Shown: piece after piece, positions 1 through 9,380 of the stretch
Layout: the number at the start of each line of letters is the position of its first letter
Position numbering within the stretch: position 1 is the first letter of the stretch
Assembly (NCBI GenBank): GCA_963714095.1
Contig: OY970230.1
Location: forward strand, 268,114-332,113
Direction of reading: 5' to 3'
DNA length: 64,000 bases
Source: Candidatus Gottesmanbacteria bacterium
GTDB taxonomy: Bacteria; Patescibacteriota; Microgenomatia; UBA10105; UBA927
Program-made: the position numbers and the translations under genes
Notes under the pieces: generated by a model
Seen by the model: the letters and a program-made list of their open reading frames with translations, nothing else
What the model was told of the DNA's origin: nothing
Database searches by the model: none

Positions 1-975
1 GTATAACAGAAACGGCAACTCCCACAAATACAAAAGTCCCATATCAGGCGCATGGTGCCGCTGGTTATCTCCGGTTAAAAATAACCATTTAAAAGAGAAG
101 TGTGATAAGTATCCTGCAATGATGGTTTTGGCAAATATGATCCTTCGATTATCCAAAAGTAGTCCGATACGGTCCCCCCCCCGCTGATCCTGATCAAGCT
201 TCGTTATATCACGGGCCAACAGTGTCGTCTGATCCGTGAATGAACTTGTGCCGCGAAGCCGCGAAAGTGCGGTTTGATTAAGTACTACCGGAATAAGCGG
301 CGCCACGAGTACTATTCCCAGAATGATACTGAGAATAAGCAACTTCGTGTGTTCTTTGACAAACAGCTCCCGCCGGTAGACAACAGCCAAAAGAACAATA
401 AGGAGCGGAAGAAATACCCGTTCGCTGGGATACACATACATTCCCAGGGCCAACAACACAGCCGAAACTGGAAGATACGCGCGCTTCTTCAAACCCGCCA
501 GAAATGCCGTCACGGCCCAAATATTCAGCGTTACTCCGGTATTGGCTTCAAATGCGACACGAGAAAACTGTATGGACCATGGTGAAACGGCAAGTAAAAA
601 CGATGAAAGCAATGGAATCGTGTCGTTTTTCCGACCGCGCAGGAGTTCGGCAACAAGAAAATAGACACCCAGAACAGCAAGTACACCCATTACAGCCGAT
701 GGCAGCCGCGTGGACCACACGGATAGACCGAATAAGGCTATCGATGGAATCGTAATATATGCATAGAGCGGAGGTTTATAATCATTAAATGACCGGAGTG
801 ACAGCGGCAAGAACGTCCCATATTCGTCTCTGCCGGTTTTAAGAATGGAATATGCGTTATACCCGAGCGCTGCTTCATCCCAATCGGGACTCGCGGGCAC
901 AGTCCCAAGTTTATAGAACCGCAGACCAGCGGCGATCGCTATAATTATAAACAATGAAATAAGTGTTTTTTTCAT
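1..975 (-). CDS. GT-C membrane glycosyltransferase, family 39 / PMT-ArnT-like (partial; C-terminus lies beyond window start)
   Basis: Reverse-strand translation from the ATG at 975 (MKKTLISLFIIIAIAAGLRFYKLGTVPASPDWDEAALGYNAYSILKTGRDEYGTFLPL...) runs uninterrupted to position 1. It is absent from the ORF track only because no stop lies in the window. It is hydrophobic multi-TM, and its first extracytoplasmic loop carries the D-E ... GRDE motif typical of PMT/ArnT-like GT-C enzymes. The motif is near-identical to paralogs 972..2615 and 11109..12731. The ATG overlaps the upstream gene's TGA (ATGA). Confidence 0.65.
   Translation of the reverse strand, partial: MKKTLISLFIIIAIAAGLRFYKLGTVPASPDWDEAALGYNAYSILKTGRDEYGTFLPLSLRSFNDYKPPLYAYITIPSIALFGLSVWSTRLPSAVMGVLAVLGVYFLVAELLRGRKNDTIPLLSSFLLAVSPWSIQFSRVAFEANTGVTLNIWAVTAFLAGLKKRAYLPVSAVLLALGMYVYPSERVFLPLLIVLLAVVYRRELFVKEHTKLLILSIILGIVLVAPLIPVVLNQTALSRLRGTSSFTDQTTLLARDITKLDQDQRGGDRIGLLLDNRRIIFAKTIIAGYLSHFSFKWLFLTGDNQRHHAPDMGLLYLWELPFLLY
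174..182. repeat. homopolymeric C9 (G9 on the coding strand) tract inside the partial GT39 CDS
   Basis: Nine consecutive C at 174-182, encoding Q-R-G-G-D on the minus strand. It is currently in frame. No other homopolymer this long was noticed in the window. Confidence 0.9.
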
Positions 976-2615
976 AACTTCACTCCACCGTTATCAAATA
1001 TCACGAGTACCGGATTTCCGTTCAATAAATGAATCGTGTTAATTATCCTGGCACCTTTCGGAGCCGTATCCCAAACGTACAGCGTTTTGGGCGCAAGTGT
1101 AGCCGGTAGAGTTCCGCCGAATCTGTACTTGAGAAATCCGTCGACATGGTAAAATCCCGCCGCGTCAAAATACGCATCCTTCGTCCGGAAAAAATCGTTC
1201 GGATCGGTCTTCGTATAAAATAATGTATACATATACGGCCTGCCGATGGTATCTGAAATGACAATATGGTCATATTTCGGCGTGAGGGGCGCGATGCTTT
1301 CTATCGCCTCACGATATCCGTATTGCCATTCTCCGGAAAATTCTATCGGGTAATGGAAGTAATAATTATGCAGATAATAGGTAAAACTGAATAGGTACAG
1401 AAAAATAATACAGGCAATTCCCGCCCAGTATATGCGTTTTTTCTTGTCGCCTACACGGAGTAAAAACTCTGAAACCTGAAGAATGCCAAACGCCACAAAA
1501 ATCTGCCATGTCGGCAACGAGTTAAGGATACGGAGTGCGTGCGGCGTTTCACGGGCTGTGGCAGCAGGAATAATTGCCGCGATGATCCAATACGCAAATA
1601 ACAGCCCGACACCGGGATACGAAAGAAAAAGCGCACAGATGCCGATCGCGAAAAACGGTGCCTCAATAAGATACAGTTGCCCTACGTCCTGAATGGAAAA
1701 TTTCGGATTCCCGTCGCCTTTCACAAATAAAAAGTCCGGCTCCAGATTATCCATAAAGTGGATAAGGAAACTTCTGGCATACCCCACCCGCCGGTTATTT
1801 ACTAATTCACCTATTACATTTCCTTTATCGCGTGCTATCCGCTGATTTGCCGTCTCGACGACTGAAACGTCAGTAAATATATTCACTTCGTCGAAACGAA
1901 TACGTGCCTGCGGTGACAATAGGTGTGGAACTATAGGCGCCATACAAAGAGCTGAAATAATCAAACCAATGATAAACGGCTTGAGATTTGATTTAATTTC
2001 CCGGAATGAATAGAGCATGAGTGCGGGGACAAACAGAACTGAAAAAACTCTCGCGCTGTTGAATGTATATATGGAAGCCACAAAGGGAAGCCAAGCGAAC
2101 CACCATCGCTTCGGGTGCGTCCGCGCAGAAAGTACAAACCATGTCCCGAGTACAACGAAAAACAGTGCGATATTCGCCTCAAATCCTCCACGAGAAATAT
2201 TTATATGCCACGGGGAAATAGCTAATACTGCCATACCAAGTAGCGCCAAAGCATCACGCGGAAGCTTTTTACTCGCCCGGCTAAACAATTCTTTAACAAG
2301 AAAATAGACGAGAAACACCGTGAACGTTCCGAAGAGTGCTGCGGGCAGGCGTACGGCCAAATCACCGAGTCCGAATATCGCAACAAATGGAACCGTCGCA
2401 TAAATCGCCAATGGGGGTTTGTAATCTCCGTATGAAATAAACGTATCAACCGGCAAAAATCTGCCGTGCTCATCGCGGCCGGTTTTGAGAATACTGTATG
2501 CGTTATACCCGATGGCGACTTCATCCCACGACAGTCCGGGCGGCACCACCGTCACCTTATAGACGCGAAGAATAAATGCACAAACAAAAATAAGAAGAAA
2601 TAGAATTTTTTTCAT
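972..2615 (-). CDS. GT-C membrane glycosyltransferase, family 39 / PMT-ArnT-like
   Basis: The 575-aa ORF is trimmed to the internal start MKKILFLLIFVCAF (ATG at 2615). N-terminal loop motif: LSWDEVAIGYNAYSILKTGRDEHGRFLPV. It has about 10 or more TM segments and a C-terminal soluble region. Its TGA stop (972-974) overlaps the next gene's ATG (973-975). Confidence 0.75.
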   Translation of the reverse strand: MKKILFLLIFVCAFILRVYKVTVVPPGLSWDEVAIGYNAYSILKTGRDEHGRFLPVDTFISYGDYKPPLAIYATVPFVAIFGLGDLAVRLPAALFGTFTVFLVYFLVKELFSRASKKLPRDALALLGMAVLAISPWHINISRGGFEANIALFFVVLGTWFVLSARTHPKRWWFAWLPFVASIYTFNSARVFSVLFVPALMLYSFREIKSNLKPFIIGLIISALCMAPIVPHLLSPQARIRFDEVNIFTDVSVVETANQRIARDKGNVIGELVNNRRVGYARSFLIHFMDNLEPDFLFVKGDGNPKFSIQDVGQLYLIEAPFFAIGICALFLSYPGVGLLFAYWIIAAIIPAATARETPHALRILNSLPTWQIFVAFGILQVSEFLLRVGDKKKRIYWAGIACIIFLYLFSFTYYLHNYYFHYPIEFSGEWQYGYREAIESIAPLTPKYDHIVISDTIGRPYMYTLFYTKTDPNDFFRTKDAYFDAAGFYHVDGFLKYRFGGTLPATLAPKTLYVWDTAPKGARIINTIHLLNGNPVLVIFDNGGVKL

Positions 2616-2648
2616 GAGCGACTTCTTGGAAAACATAGCGCCTTCATG

Positions 2649-2666
2649 TATGATAACCCTATCATT
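2649..2666. promoter_or_regulatory. inverted repeat ATGATA-N4-TATCAT plus AT-rich -10-like element in a 56-nt divergent intergenic region
   Basis: atgata (2650-2655) and tatcat (2660-2665) are exact reverse complements around the spacer accc. The repeat lies 6 nt upstream of the YfhO ATG (2672) and about 35 nt from the divergent GT39 start (2615). Confidence 0.3.
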
Positions 2667-2671
2667 ATAGC

Positions 2672-5080
2672 ATGAGAAAATATCTACCACTTCTGGCACT
2701 TATCGGCGTATGTCTTCTCTTCTTTTATAAAACGTTTCTATTCGGGCAGGTTCCGTTTCCGGGAGATCTTCTGTTGACTCAATATTCACCGTGGCGCCAC
2801 CAATCATACAGCGGATACGTGGCCGGTGCCGTGCCGAGCAAAGATCAATATTTTGATGTTATCCGCGAGTTATATCCTTGGAAAACTCAAGTCATTACCG
2901 CTCTGAAACACGGAATATTCCCTCTATGGAATCCCTATAATTTTTCCGGTGCCCCCCTTTTGGCTAACTACCAGTCTCAGGTATTTTACCCGCTGACCTT
3001 CGTCTATTTCCTGATGCCTCAAATTTCCGCCTGGACCATCATGGTTATCATCCAACCGATACTCGGCACTGTATTTATGTATTTATTTTCCACAGAAATT
3101 GGGCTGGGTGCCGACGCGGCAGTTCTGGCTGCACTACTCTTTAATTTTTCCAGTTTTGCGAACGTTTGGATGGAATTTACCACGGTGTGGCACACAATTT
3201 TGTGGTTGCCGCTTCTCCTTTATTTTGTCGAACGGGGTATAAAACAACGCACACTCTGCCTCTGGCAACAGATTATATTCATCATCGCGCTGTTTTGTGC
3301 GATCACCGCAGGCCACCCGCAGGATTTTATTGATACATTTTTGTTTCTTCTTTTATATACGTGTCTGAGAATTGCAACGGCACCAGGTTGGTCATGGCAG
3401 GAAAAAAAATCTTTTGTTTTTCATCCCATTCTTTTTATATTTGGGATTCCATTTTTCCTTGCTGCACCGCAGTTGTTTCCGACAATTGAACTCTTTAGAA
3501 ATTCCGCGCGTGTTGCACACGATTATCAGGGCATTATTCATACCATGCTTGTCCAATGGTGGCAGATACCTCTGATCGCCGTACAGGAATTATTCGGCAA
3601 TCCGGCAACAAAATCGAACATCACAGGCGATTATATCGGCAAAACACTCTCCGTTGGTGTCGTGGGGTTCTTTCTCGTACTTGCTTCATTCTTCCATAAA
3701 GTTGATTCATGGCATAAAAAATTTTTCGCCTGCAGCGCATTAGGCATTCTCCTCATCACAGTACGTACGCCGCTTACGGAGCTTTTATACCGATATCCCT
3801 GGCCGGTTCTCTCAACCGGTACACCCACAAGAATTTTGGTTATACTGATGCTTGCGCTTGCCATGCTGGCAGGATTCGGATACGACGCGGTCCGTCTGAA
3901 TAAAAAAATACCCGATAAACCATTACTACTCAGTTGGGTTATCTTTCTGTTCCTCTGGATTTTTGTGTTCATCCATCCGAACATCGGCGGTCTTACCTAT
4001 ACTATCGGTGCGGCATCCACCATGAAACGTGCTATGGTTATCGCAACCGGAATTTTAGGGTGTCTCACGCTTATCCTTTTTGCAAGCAGGTACAAAAAAT
4101 ATTTACTGTGGTTAGCCCTCCCGCTGGCAGTTGCGGAACTCTTCTATGGCTTTACCAAGTTCAATCCATTTGTCCCGATATCCTTCGTATATCCCCAAAA
4201 CAATCTCATCAGTCAACTGCAGAAAACGCCTGGCATTGACCGCTTTTGGGGATACGGGACCGCAGAAATCGAGGCAAACTTCGCAACGCAGGAGTACATC
4301 TATTCTCCTGACGGCACGGATCCTCTAAATCTACGATGGTACAATCAATTTATCCAAGCAAGCCGCGACGGAAAAATTGCAGCTACATTTGACAGAACCA
4401 CGCGATCTGACGCACAAATCCTCCCGGGATACGGGAAAAGCGATTTACCTTCCAATGAATTCCGTCTCCGGATCATGGATACCCTCGGAGTTAAATACAT
4501 CATTGACCGGCCGGAAAACCCCAAAGACAACAATACGTTCCCGGTTAACCGGTTCAAAATGGTCTGGCATGAGGATGACTGGACGATATATGAAAATCTT
4601 CTGTCTGCACCAAGATTTTTTCTTACGTCGGATGTCCGGCCATACGGCAACGCAACTGATTTTGAGTCGCAATTTTTTGCAAAAGATTTCAATCCAGGAA
4701 AAACGGTATTATTGCTACAAAAAGACCGAAACGAACTTCCACCTCTTGCCGGAAGCGGATCGGCAAAACTTATTTCCTACACACCAAACTCCATAAAAAT
4801 TTCTGTAAAGACCGATGCAAAACAATTACTATTTTTAAGCGACACGTTCGATAATGGATGGACGGCATCGGTAAACGGAAACCCAACGAAAGTCTATCAG
4901 GCAGATTATGCATTCCGGGGAGTTCTCGTACCTGCAGGAGAATCGACAGTTATCTTTACCTATCAACCACAGTCATTCCAATTGGGTCTGGGCGTCAGCG
5001 GATTCTCCTTCGTAATTTTTGCAGTCTACTGCATTGTAACTCTTCGATCGTCATCCAAACATAAAAAAGGAAAAAAATAA
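2672..5080 (+). CDS. YfhO-family polytopic membrane protein (GT-C superfamily, putative lipid-linked sugar transferase)
   Basis: 802 aa with about 13 TM helices and a C-terminal beta-rich soluble domain. It ends in the characteristic YfhO C-terminal pattern DNGWTASVNGNPTKVYQADYAFRGVLVPAGESTVIFTYQP. The N-terminus carries FPGDLL..YSPW. Confidence 0.7.
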   Translation: MRKYLPLLALIGVCLLFFYKTFLFGQVPFPGDLLLTQYSPWRHQSYSGYVAGAVPSKDQYFDVIRELYPWKTQVITALKHGIFPLWNPYNFSGAPLLANYQSQVFYPLTFVYFLMPQISAWTIMVIIQPILGTVFMYLFSTEIGLGADAAVLAALLFNFSSFANVWMEFTTVWHTILWLPLLLYFVERGIKQRTLCLWQQIIFIIALFCAITAGHPQDFIDTFLFLLLYTCLRIATAPGWSWQEKKSFVFHPILFIFGIPFFLAAPQLFPTIELFRNSARVAHDYQGIIHTMLVQWWQIPLIAVQELFGNPATKSNITGDYIGKTLSVGVVGFFLVLASFFHKVDSWHKKFFACSALGILLITVRTPLTELLYRYPWPVLSTGTPTRILVILMLALAMLAGFGYDAVRLNKKIPDKPLLLSWVIFLFLWIFVFIHPNIGGLTYTIGAASTMKRAMVIATGILGCLTLILFASRYKKYLLWLALPLAVAELFYGFTKFNPFVPISFVYPQNNLISQLQKTPGIDRFWGYGTAEIEANFATQEYIYSPDGTDPLNLRWYNQFIQASRDGKIAATFDRTTRSDAQILPGYGKSDLPSNEFRLRIMDTLGVKYIIDRPENPKDNNTFPVNRFKMVWHEDDWTIYENLLSAPRFFLTSDVRPYGNATDFESQFFAKDFNPGKTVLLLQKDRNELPPLAGSGSAKLISYTPNSIKISVKTDAKQLLFLSDTFDNGWTASVNGNPTKVYQADYAFRGVLVPAGESTVIFTYQPQSFQLGLGVSGFSFVIFAVYCIVTLRSSSKHKKGKK

Positions 5081-5086
5081 GCTAAA

Positions 5087-7597
5087 TTATGCTCTGTGTC
5101 CAAACCTGATGAGTCGGCTCATACAGCATACGATTACAATGCTGAGTATTATTCCCACGGCCGTAACGATTTCACCTATGGTAAGTGTTATCGGTGTATA
5201 GGTAAAGACGACAGTATGCTTCCCTTCAGGTGCCTCAACTGCCCGCAGGGTGTAATCCGCACGATAGAGTTCAGTAGGTTTACCGTCTATAGTTGCAGTC
5301 CATCCCGGATAGTAATTGTCGGTTAGTACTACGAATCCTGAAACAGGAGAGGCTATTGAAACAGTCACAGTATTGAGACCATAGGATGTTATTGTGGCTG
5401 ATGATGCCTGATCACCGGAATATTTCGGTAAGGCCGGTACTACGGGCACACGTTCCAAAACAACAGTAGAGTCTAAACGAACAGCGGGATCATACAGAGT
5501 ATCAATAATTTGTTGAGGATCACTTCGTACGATATAGGACCTTAGGAACATAACACGCGGTAACGCCTGCCTATACTGCCAAATACGCCATGTACTATCC
5601 TCCCATACGGTCGTAAACATTTCAGGAGGAAAACGTTTTTCGGTTGACTGTAAATCCGTGTATTCTCCTTTTTTGCTTTCAAGAATATATTTAACCCCAA
5701 AAAGCGACATAATCCGCAGGCGATAGGGATTTGAAGAATTAAGCGGGTCTATTTCAGACATTTCATAAAGATCCGTGTCACTTCTGCGGATAATTCCTCC
5801 AAGTTTTCCTTTGTTTGCGATAGTTGAAAGAAGCTCAGCGTATCGGCTTGATGAAAGATTACTATACCCATCCGTTGAAAACCACCGAAAATATTCCGGA
5901 AGGTTTTTTTCTATAAACGCATTCCCGTAGCCCCAAATCCGATCATATCCTGCAAGGTCAGTTAATTTGGTAATAACCGGCAAATTCGGGTAGACAAAGC
6001 GATTTTCACCGAAATACACATATTTATCTGCAAAATAGATACCGGATGCCGCCGTCAGAACGCATACATAAACAAAAACATCTCGTTTCGAAAATCTTGA
6101 AACAAAAAGTAAACCCCATCCTGCGAGCAAAAATGCCGTCGGTACAATAAGATTCCTGAGAGATACAGTTGCGTAATACGGAGCGATTTTCTTCAAGGAA
6201 AATAATTCTCCGCATACGACCAACGTTTTCCCAAGACACCAAAGAGAGTAAGAATGATAATAATGATTGATGCACCATAAACCAATGACGACAATCCATC
6301 CCGTTCCAAGAAATACACAGAAGCTAAGAAGTATCAAAACCATCCGTTTGCGGTTAGGCTTACTCAAAAAAGACTCTAACCCATAGCACGAAAGAATACT
6401 GAAAGAAAAAACCGATACGGCAAATATCCGCGTCGGGTATGAAGTTGAAAGAATAGGAATTTTAAGATAATACGGAACCCAACTTGTCGGTAATGCAAAA
6501 CACATTGAAAAACATACAACTCCTATGATTGTCCAGAAAATAACCGTTTTTTTTCTAACTTGCAACATTGCGTAAATCGCAAACAGTAACGGAATAATGC
6601 CGATAAAAATTGTTTTTTCAAAATAGAATCCGCTGCCGCCAAAATAATTATACGTCGCCGGGTTGCCCCAATAATCAGGTGCGAACAGCGTAATAATATT
6701 CCTGAAAGGCAGGAGATCCTGCCGGAATACAAAACTTGCGTCATTCGTTCCCCGCGGAGAGAGTACAAAAGCCTGAATCGACGGAATAAGCTGTATGCTT
6801 TCAATCAGAACAGAACAAAGAACCGCAAAGATTATAACCCAGGCCGAACGAGCTGCATTCTTTTGTCCGCGAAGCCTCAGAAAGCAATAAACATTCCACA
6901 AAAAAACAACCGCATATACGTACGCCGACATTTGCAAAAATCCGGCAAACGCAGAAGATACCAGCGAAAAAAGAAGTAAGAAAAAATCAAACGTGTCATC
7001 GTACCGCTCCCATACCCTATTGGAAGCATAAAGCGCTAGCGGCAACCATAAAAAACTATGTTCAATTACCACAGATTCCTGCCAGTAAACTACCATCCAC
7101 CCACTCAGTGCATAGACAAATGAACCGAATGCGGCCAGAGGTATACGGAACTTCAGAGATCTCAAAAATATGTACATGAACACAATGGACAGTATCGGTT
7201 GTATGACAACGAGGAAATTCCATCCTTCTATAGTGGGAAGAGCAGCCGCAATCCATGACAGTGGATACCAAACAGCAGGAGTTGATGCCGCCATAAATGG
7301 CGCACCGCTGTAAATATATGGATTCCACAACGGTAATACTCCCCTCCATAATGCATCCTGAAGTAATTTTCTGTCTGGATATGACTCCCGGATAATATCA
7401 AAACCTATTGGCTTATTCGGTGGTCCGTTTGGATATTCCGGAACGGGCTCATACCTCCATGGTGAATACTCTGTCACTAATAAATTTGAGGGAAATACCG
7501 TTTTATGATCGAAAAAAAACTGATGGAAAATAGCAATCGTAATACCCAAAGCGGCAACAAGGACAATGAGTAGCTCAAACAAGAATATTTTTTTCAT
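5087..7597 (-). CDS. YfhO-family polytopic membrane protein (paralog)
   Basis: The 849-aa ORF is trimmed to MKKIFLFELLIV (ATG at 7597). C-terminal motif: YPGWTATIDGKPTELYRADYTLRAVEAPEGKHTVVFTYTP. Its 3' end is convergent with 2672..5080, with a 6-nt gap. Confidence 0.7.
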   Translation of the reverse strand: MKKIFLFELLIVLVAALGITIAIFHQFFFDHKTVFPSNLLVTEYSPWRYEPVPEYPNGPPNKPIGFDIIRESYPDRKLLQDALWRGVLPLWNPYIYSGAPFMAASTPAVWYPLSWIAAALPTIEGWNFLVVIQPILSIVFMYIFLRSLKFRIPLAAFGSFVYALSGWMVVYWQESVVIEHSFLWLPLALYASNRVWERYDDTFDFFLLLFSLVSSAFAGFLQMSAYVYAVVFLWNVYCFLRLRGQKNAARSAWVIIFAVLCSVLIESIQLIPSIQAFVLSPRGTNDASFVFRQDLLPFRNIITLFAPDYWGNPATYNYFGGSGFYFEKTIFIGIIPLLFAIYAMLQVRKKTVIFWTIIGVVCFSMCFALPTSWVPYYLKIPILSTSYPTRIFAVSVFSFSILSCYGLESFLSKPNRKRMVLILLSFCVFLGTGWIVVIGLWCINHYYHSYSLWCLGKTLVVCGELFSLKKIAPYYATVSLRNLIVPTAFLLAGWGLLFVSRFSKRDVFVYVCVLTAASGIYFADKYVYFGENRFVYPNLPVITKLTDLAGYDRIWGYGNAFIEKNLPEYFRWFSTDGYSNLSSSRYAELLSTIANKGKLGGIIRRSDTDLYEMSEIDPLNSSNPYRLRIMSLFGVKYILESKKGEYTDLQSTEKRFPPEMFTTVWEDSTWRIWQYRQALPRVMFLRSYIVRSDPQQIIDTLYDPAVRLDSTVVLERVPVVPALPKYSGDQASSATITSYGLNTVTVSIASPVSGFVVLTDNYYPGWTATIDGKPTELYRADYTLRAVEAPEGKHTVVFTYTPITLTIGEIVTAVGIILSIVIVCCMSRLIRFGHRA

Positions 7598-9318
7598 GGT
7601 GACTGAAATCCCGATAAACATTCTGTTTGAACGCACCGGTATAATTTAGAGGAATCAACACCCTCAAATAAGACATCGCCTGCCTTATCCTTTACGGTAA
7701 ATTCCACCGGTACGGGAATTGCAGGAATCACATTAGGGACGGACTTTGGAAATTCCGAAGGCGCCCCGATAAGAAGATCATGAGCATGAATAATTTCGTC
7801 ATAACCGGGAAGTGTGGGAAGGAACTCTATCGAATGAATTTGCTTCACCCGAACCCAGCCGTTTGCCTCCAAAACTTTTTCAATTCCCTTTCCGGACTGA
7901 AACGCAGCAGGATCATACCGGGTGTAAAACAAATAATAAATATATTGCTTGGAATCGTTTACCCTGCTTGAGATAATGATCGTATCATACACAGGTATAT
8001 CCGTGCGGATTTTTTGCACCAGTTCCTCATACCCGAAGTGAGAAAATTGCGAATACCGGTACGGAAAAAATGTCCAATACTCAACAATAAAACTTCCCGC
8101 CGCTGCCAAAAAACACAGTACAACAAACGACAATGCCAATTTCCTGTATTTCATGTGAGACAAAAGCGACATAATGCCGATCGCAATCAGTATCGGCCAT
8201 ACGGGATACGAAACAAAAAATCGTCCGTACTGCCCGTCAGAGGTCAGGCTATCCGGAATTGCGGAAAGAAACAGCCATCCGACCAGCAGGAGGCGCACCG
8301 GCGACACATCCAAAAATATAACGATCAACGCAATGATCAGAAGCGGATAGTCAAAAAGATACAATAATCCCCGGCCGGGTAAAACAGAATATTGCGTACT
8401 TGTGCCGTAGACAGCCAGAAGATTCGGCGAGTAATGATTGAGATAATTCGTAAAAAATTTTGTCCCGTACGCGCTGTATTTATTAAAAACCAGTCGACAA
8501 ACAGCCCGCGGAAGCTCACGCCCGCACGCCCCCTGTTTTTCATTAACTGTATCTATAAGTTCTGAGTTATTTGTAAGGTTCACCTGCCGGGTACGGGTGG
8601 CAGCAGTACCGGTCCCCGCTGATATCAAAAGACCGGTAAAAAGAAACATAAAACACAGAGCAGCGAATGCAATTTGTTTCCAAAAACGCATATATGCTTT
8701 TCTGAAAAGATAGACCGTCAGCGCAAGTAGCAGCGGAACAAGTACAATGTTGGCCGTGTACACATAGAGACTCAGTCCTAAAAGTACCGCTCCGACGATA
8801 ACCAATTTTCCGTGACGTCTCCCGCCAAGCATAATCAACATTCCGCAGGACACGAAAAACACCGACGAAGTTTCCTCAAGTCCGATTCTGCTCATGCCGA
8901 TATGCCATGGTGAGATAGCCAAAAGAAAGGCGGAAAGTAAAGCAAGAGACTCGGATGAACGGCCAAACAACTCTTTCACAAGAAAATAGACAACAAGAAC
9001 GGTCAATGAACCGAAGAATGCGGAAGGAAACCGCACGGCAAACGGCGTCAAACCAAAAGCGGCAATTGAGGGAATAGACAGATACGTATAGGCGGGCAGA
9101 CGGTAATCACCGAAACCCCGGAACGAAGTAACCGGCCACGACACTGCCCATTGATCCTTACCGGTATGAATAAGGGCATATACGTCGTAGGCTGCATCCG
9201 CTTCATCATCAACAATACCCGCGGGATTTTTCCCTAATCCGATGAAACGTACCGATATCCCGAGAAGAAAAATAAGGATAAGTACCACGAGCGATGCAGA
9301 AATTCTCAATCGTTTCAT
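7594..9318 (-). CDS. GT-C membrane glycosyltransferase, family 39 / PMT-ArnT-like
   Basis: 574 aa, starting MKRLRISASLVVLILIFLLGISVRFIGLG. Loop motif: IVDDEADAAYDVYALIHTGKD. It is polytopic. Its TGA overlaps the ATG of 5087..7597 (ATGA at 7594-7597). Confidence 0.75.
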   Translation of the reverse strand: MKRLRISASLVVLILIFLLGISVRFIGLGKNPAGIVDDEADAAYDVYALIHTGKDQWAVSWPVTSFRGFGDYRLPAYTYLSIPSIAAFGLTPFAVRFPSAFFGSLTVLVVYFLVKELFGRSSESLALLSAFLLAISPWHIGMSRIGLEETSSVFFVSCGMLIMLGGRRHGKLVIVGAVLLGLSLYVYTANIVLVPLLLALTVYLFRKAYMRFWKQIAFAALCFMFLFTGLLISAGTGTAATRTRQVNLTNNSELIDTVNEKQGACGRELPRAVCRLVFNKYSAYGTKFFTNYLNHYSPNLLAVYGTSTQYSVLPGRGLLYLFDYPLLIIALIVIFLDVSPVRLLLVGWLFLSAIPDSLTSDGQYGRFFVSYPVWPILIAIGIMSLLSHMKYRKLALSFVVLCFLAAAGSFIVEYWTFFPYRYSQFSHFGYEELVQKIRTDIPVYDTIIISSRVNDSKQYIYYLFYTRYDPAAFQSGKGIEKVLEANGWVRVKQIHSIEFLPTLPGYDEIIHAHDLLIGAPSEFPKSVPNVIPAIPVPVEFTVKDKAGDVLFEGVDSSKLYRCVQTECLSGFQSP

Positions 9319-9368
9319 ATGAACACCCTACGTCTCCTGTATTATAGTGCAATAATCCAAAAAACATC

Positions 9369-9374
9369 TATAAT
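9369..9374 (+). promoter_or_regulatory. TATAAT -10-like hexamer 6 nt upstream of the ATG at 9381 (possible short-leader or leaderless promoter in a 62-nt divergent region)
   Basis: The region reads ctataatgcggatATG. No obvious Shine-Dalgarno fits between the hexamer and the ATG. Confidence 0.3.
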
Positions 9375-9380
9375 GCGGAT

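Noticed and set aside
274-755. Track ORFs 274..585 (+), 278..520 (-) and 504..755 (+) at the window start
   Set aside because: They lie inside, and out of frame or antisense to, the uninterrupted GT39-like reading frame that runs from the ATG at 975 to position 1. That frame carries conserved family motifs. The small ORFs have no recognisable features.
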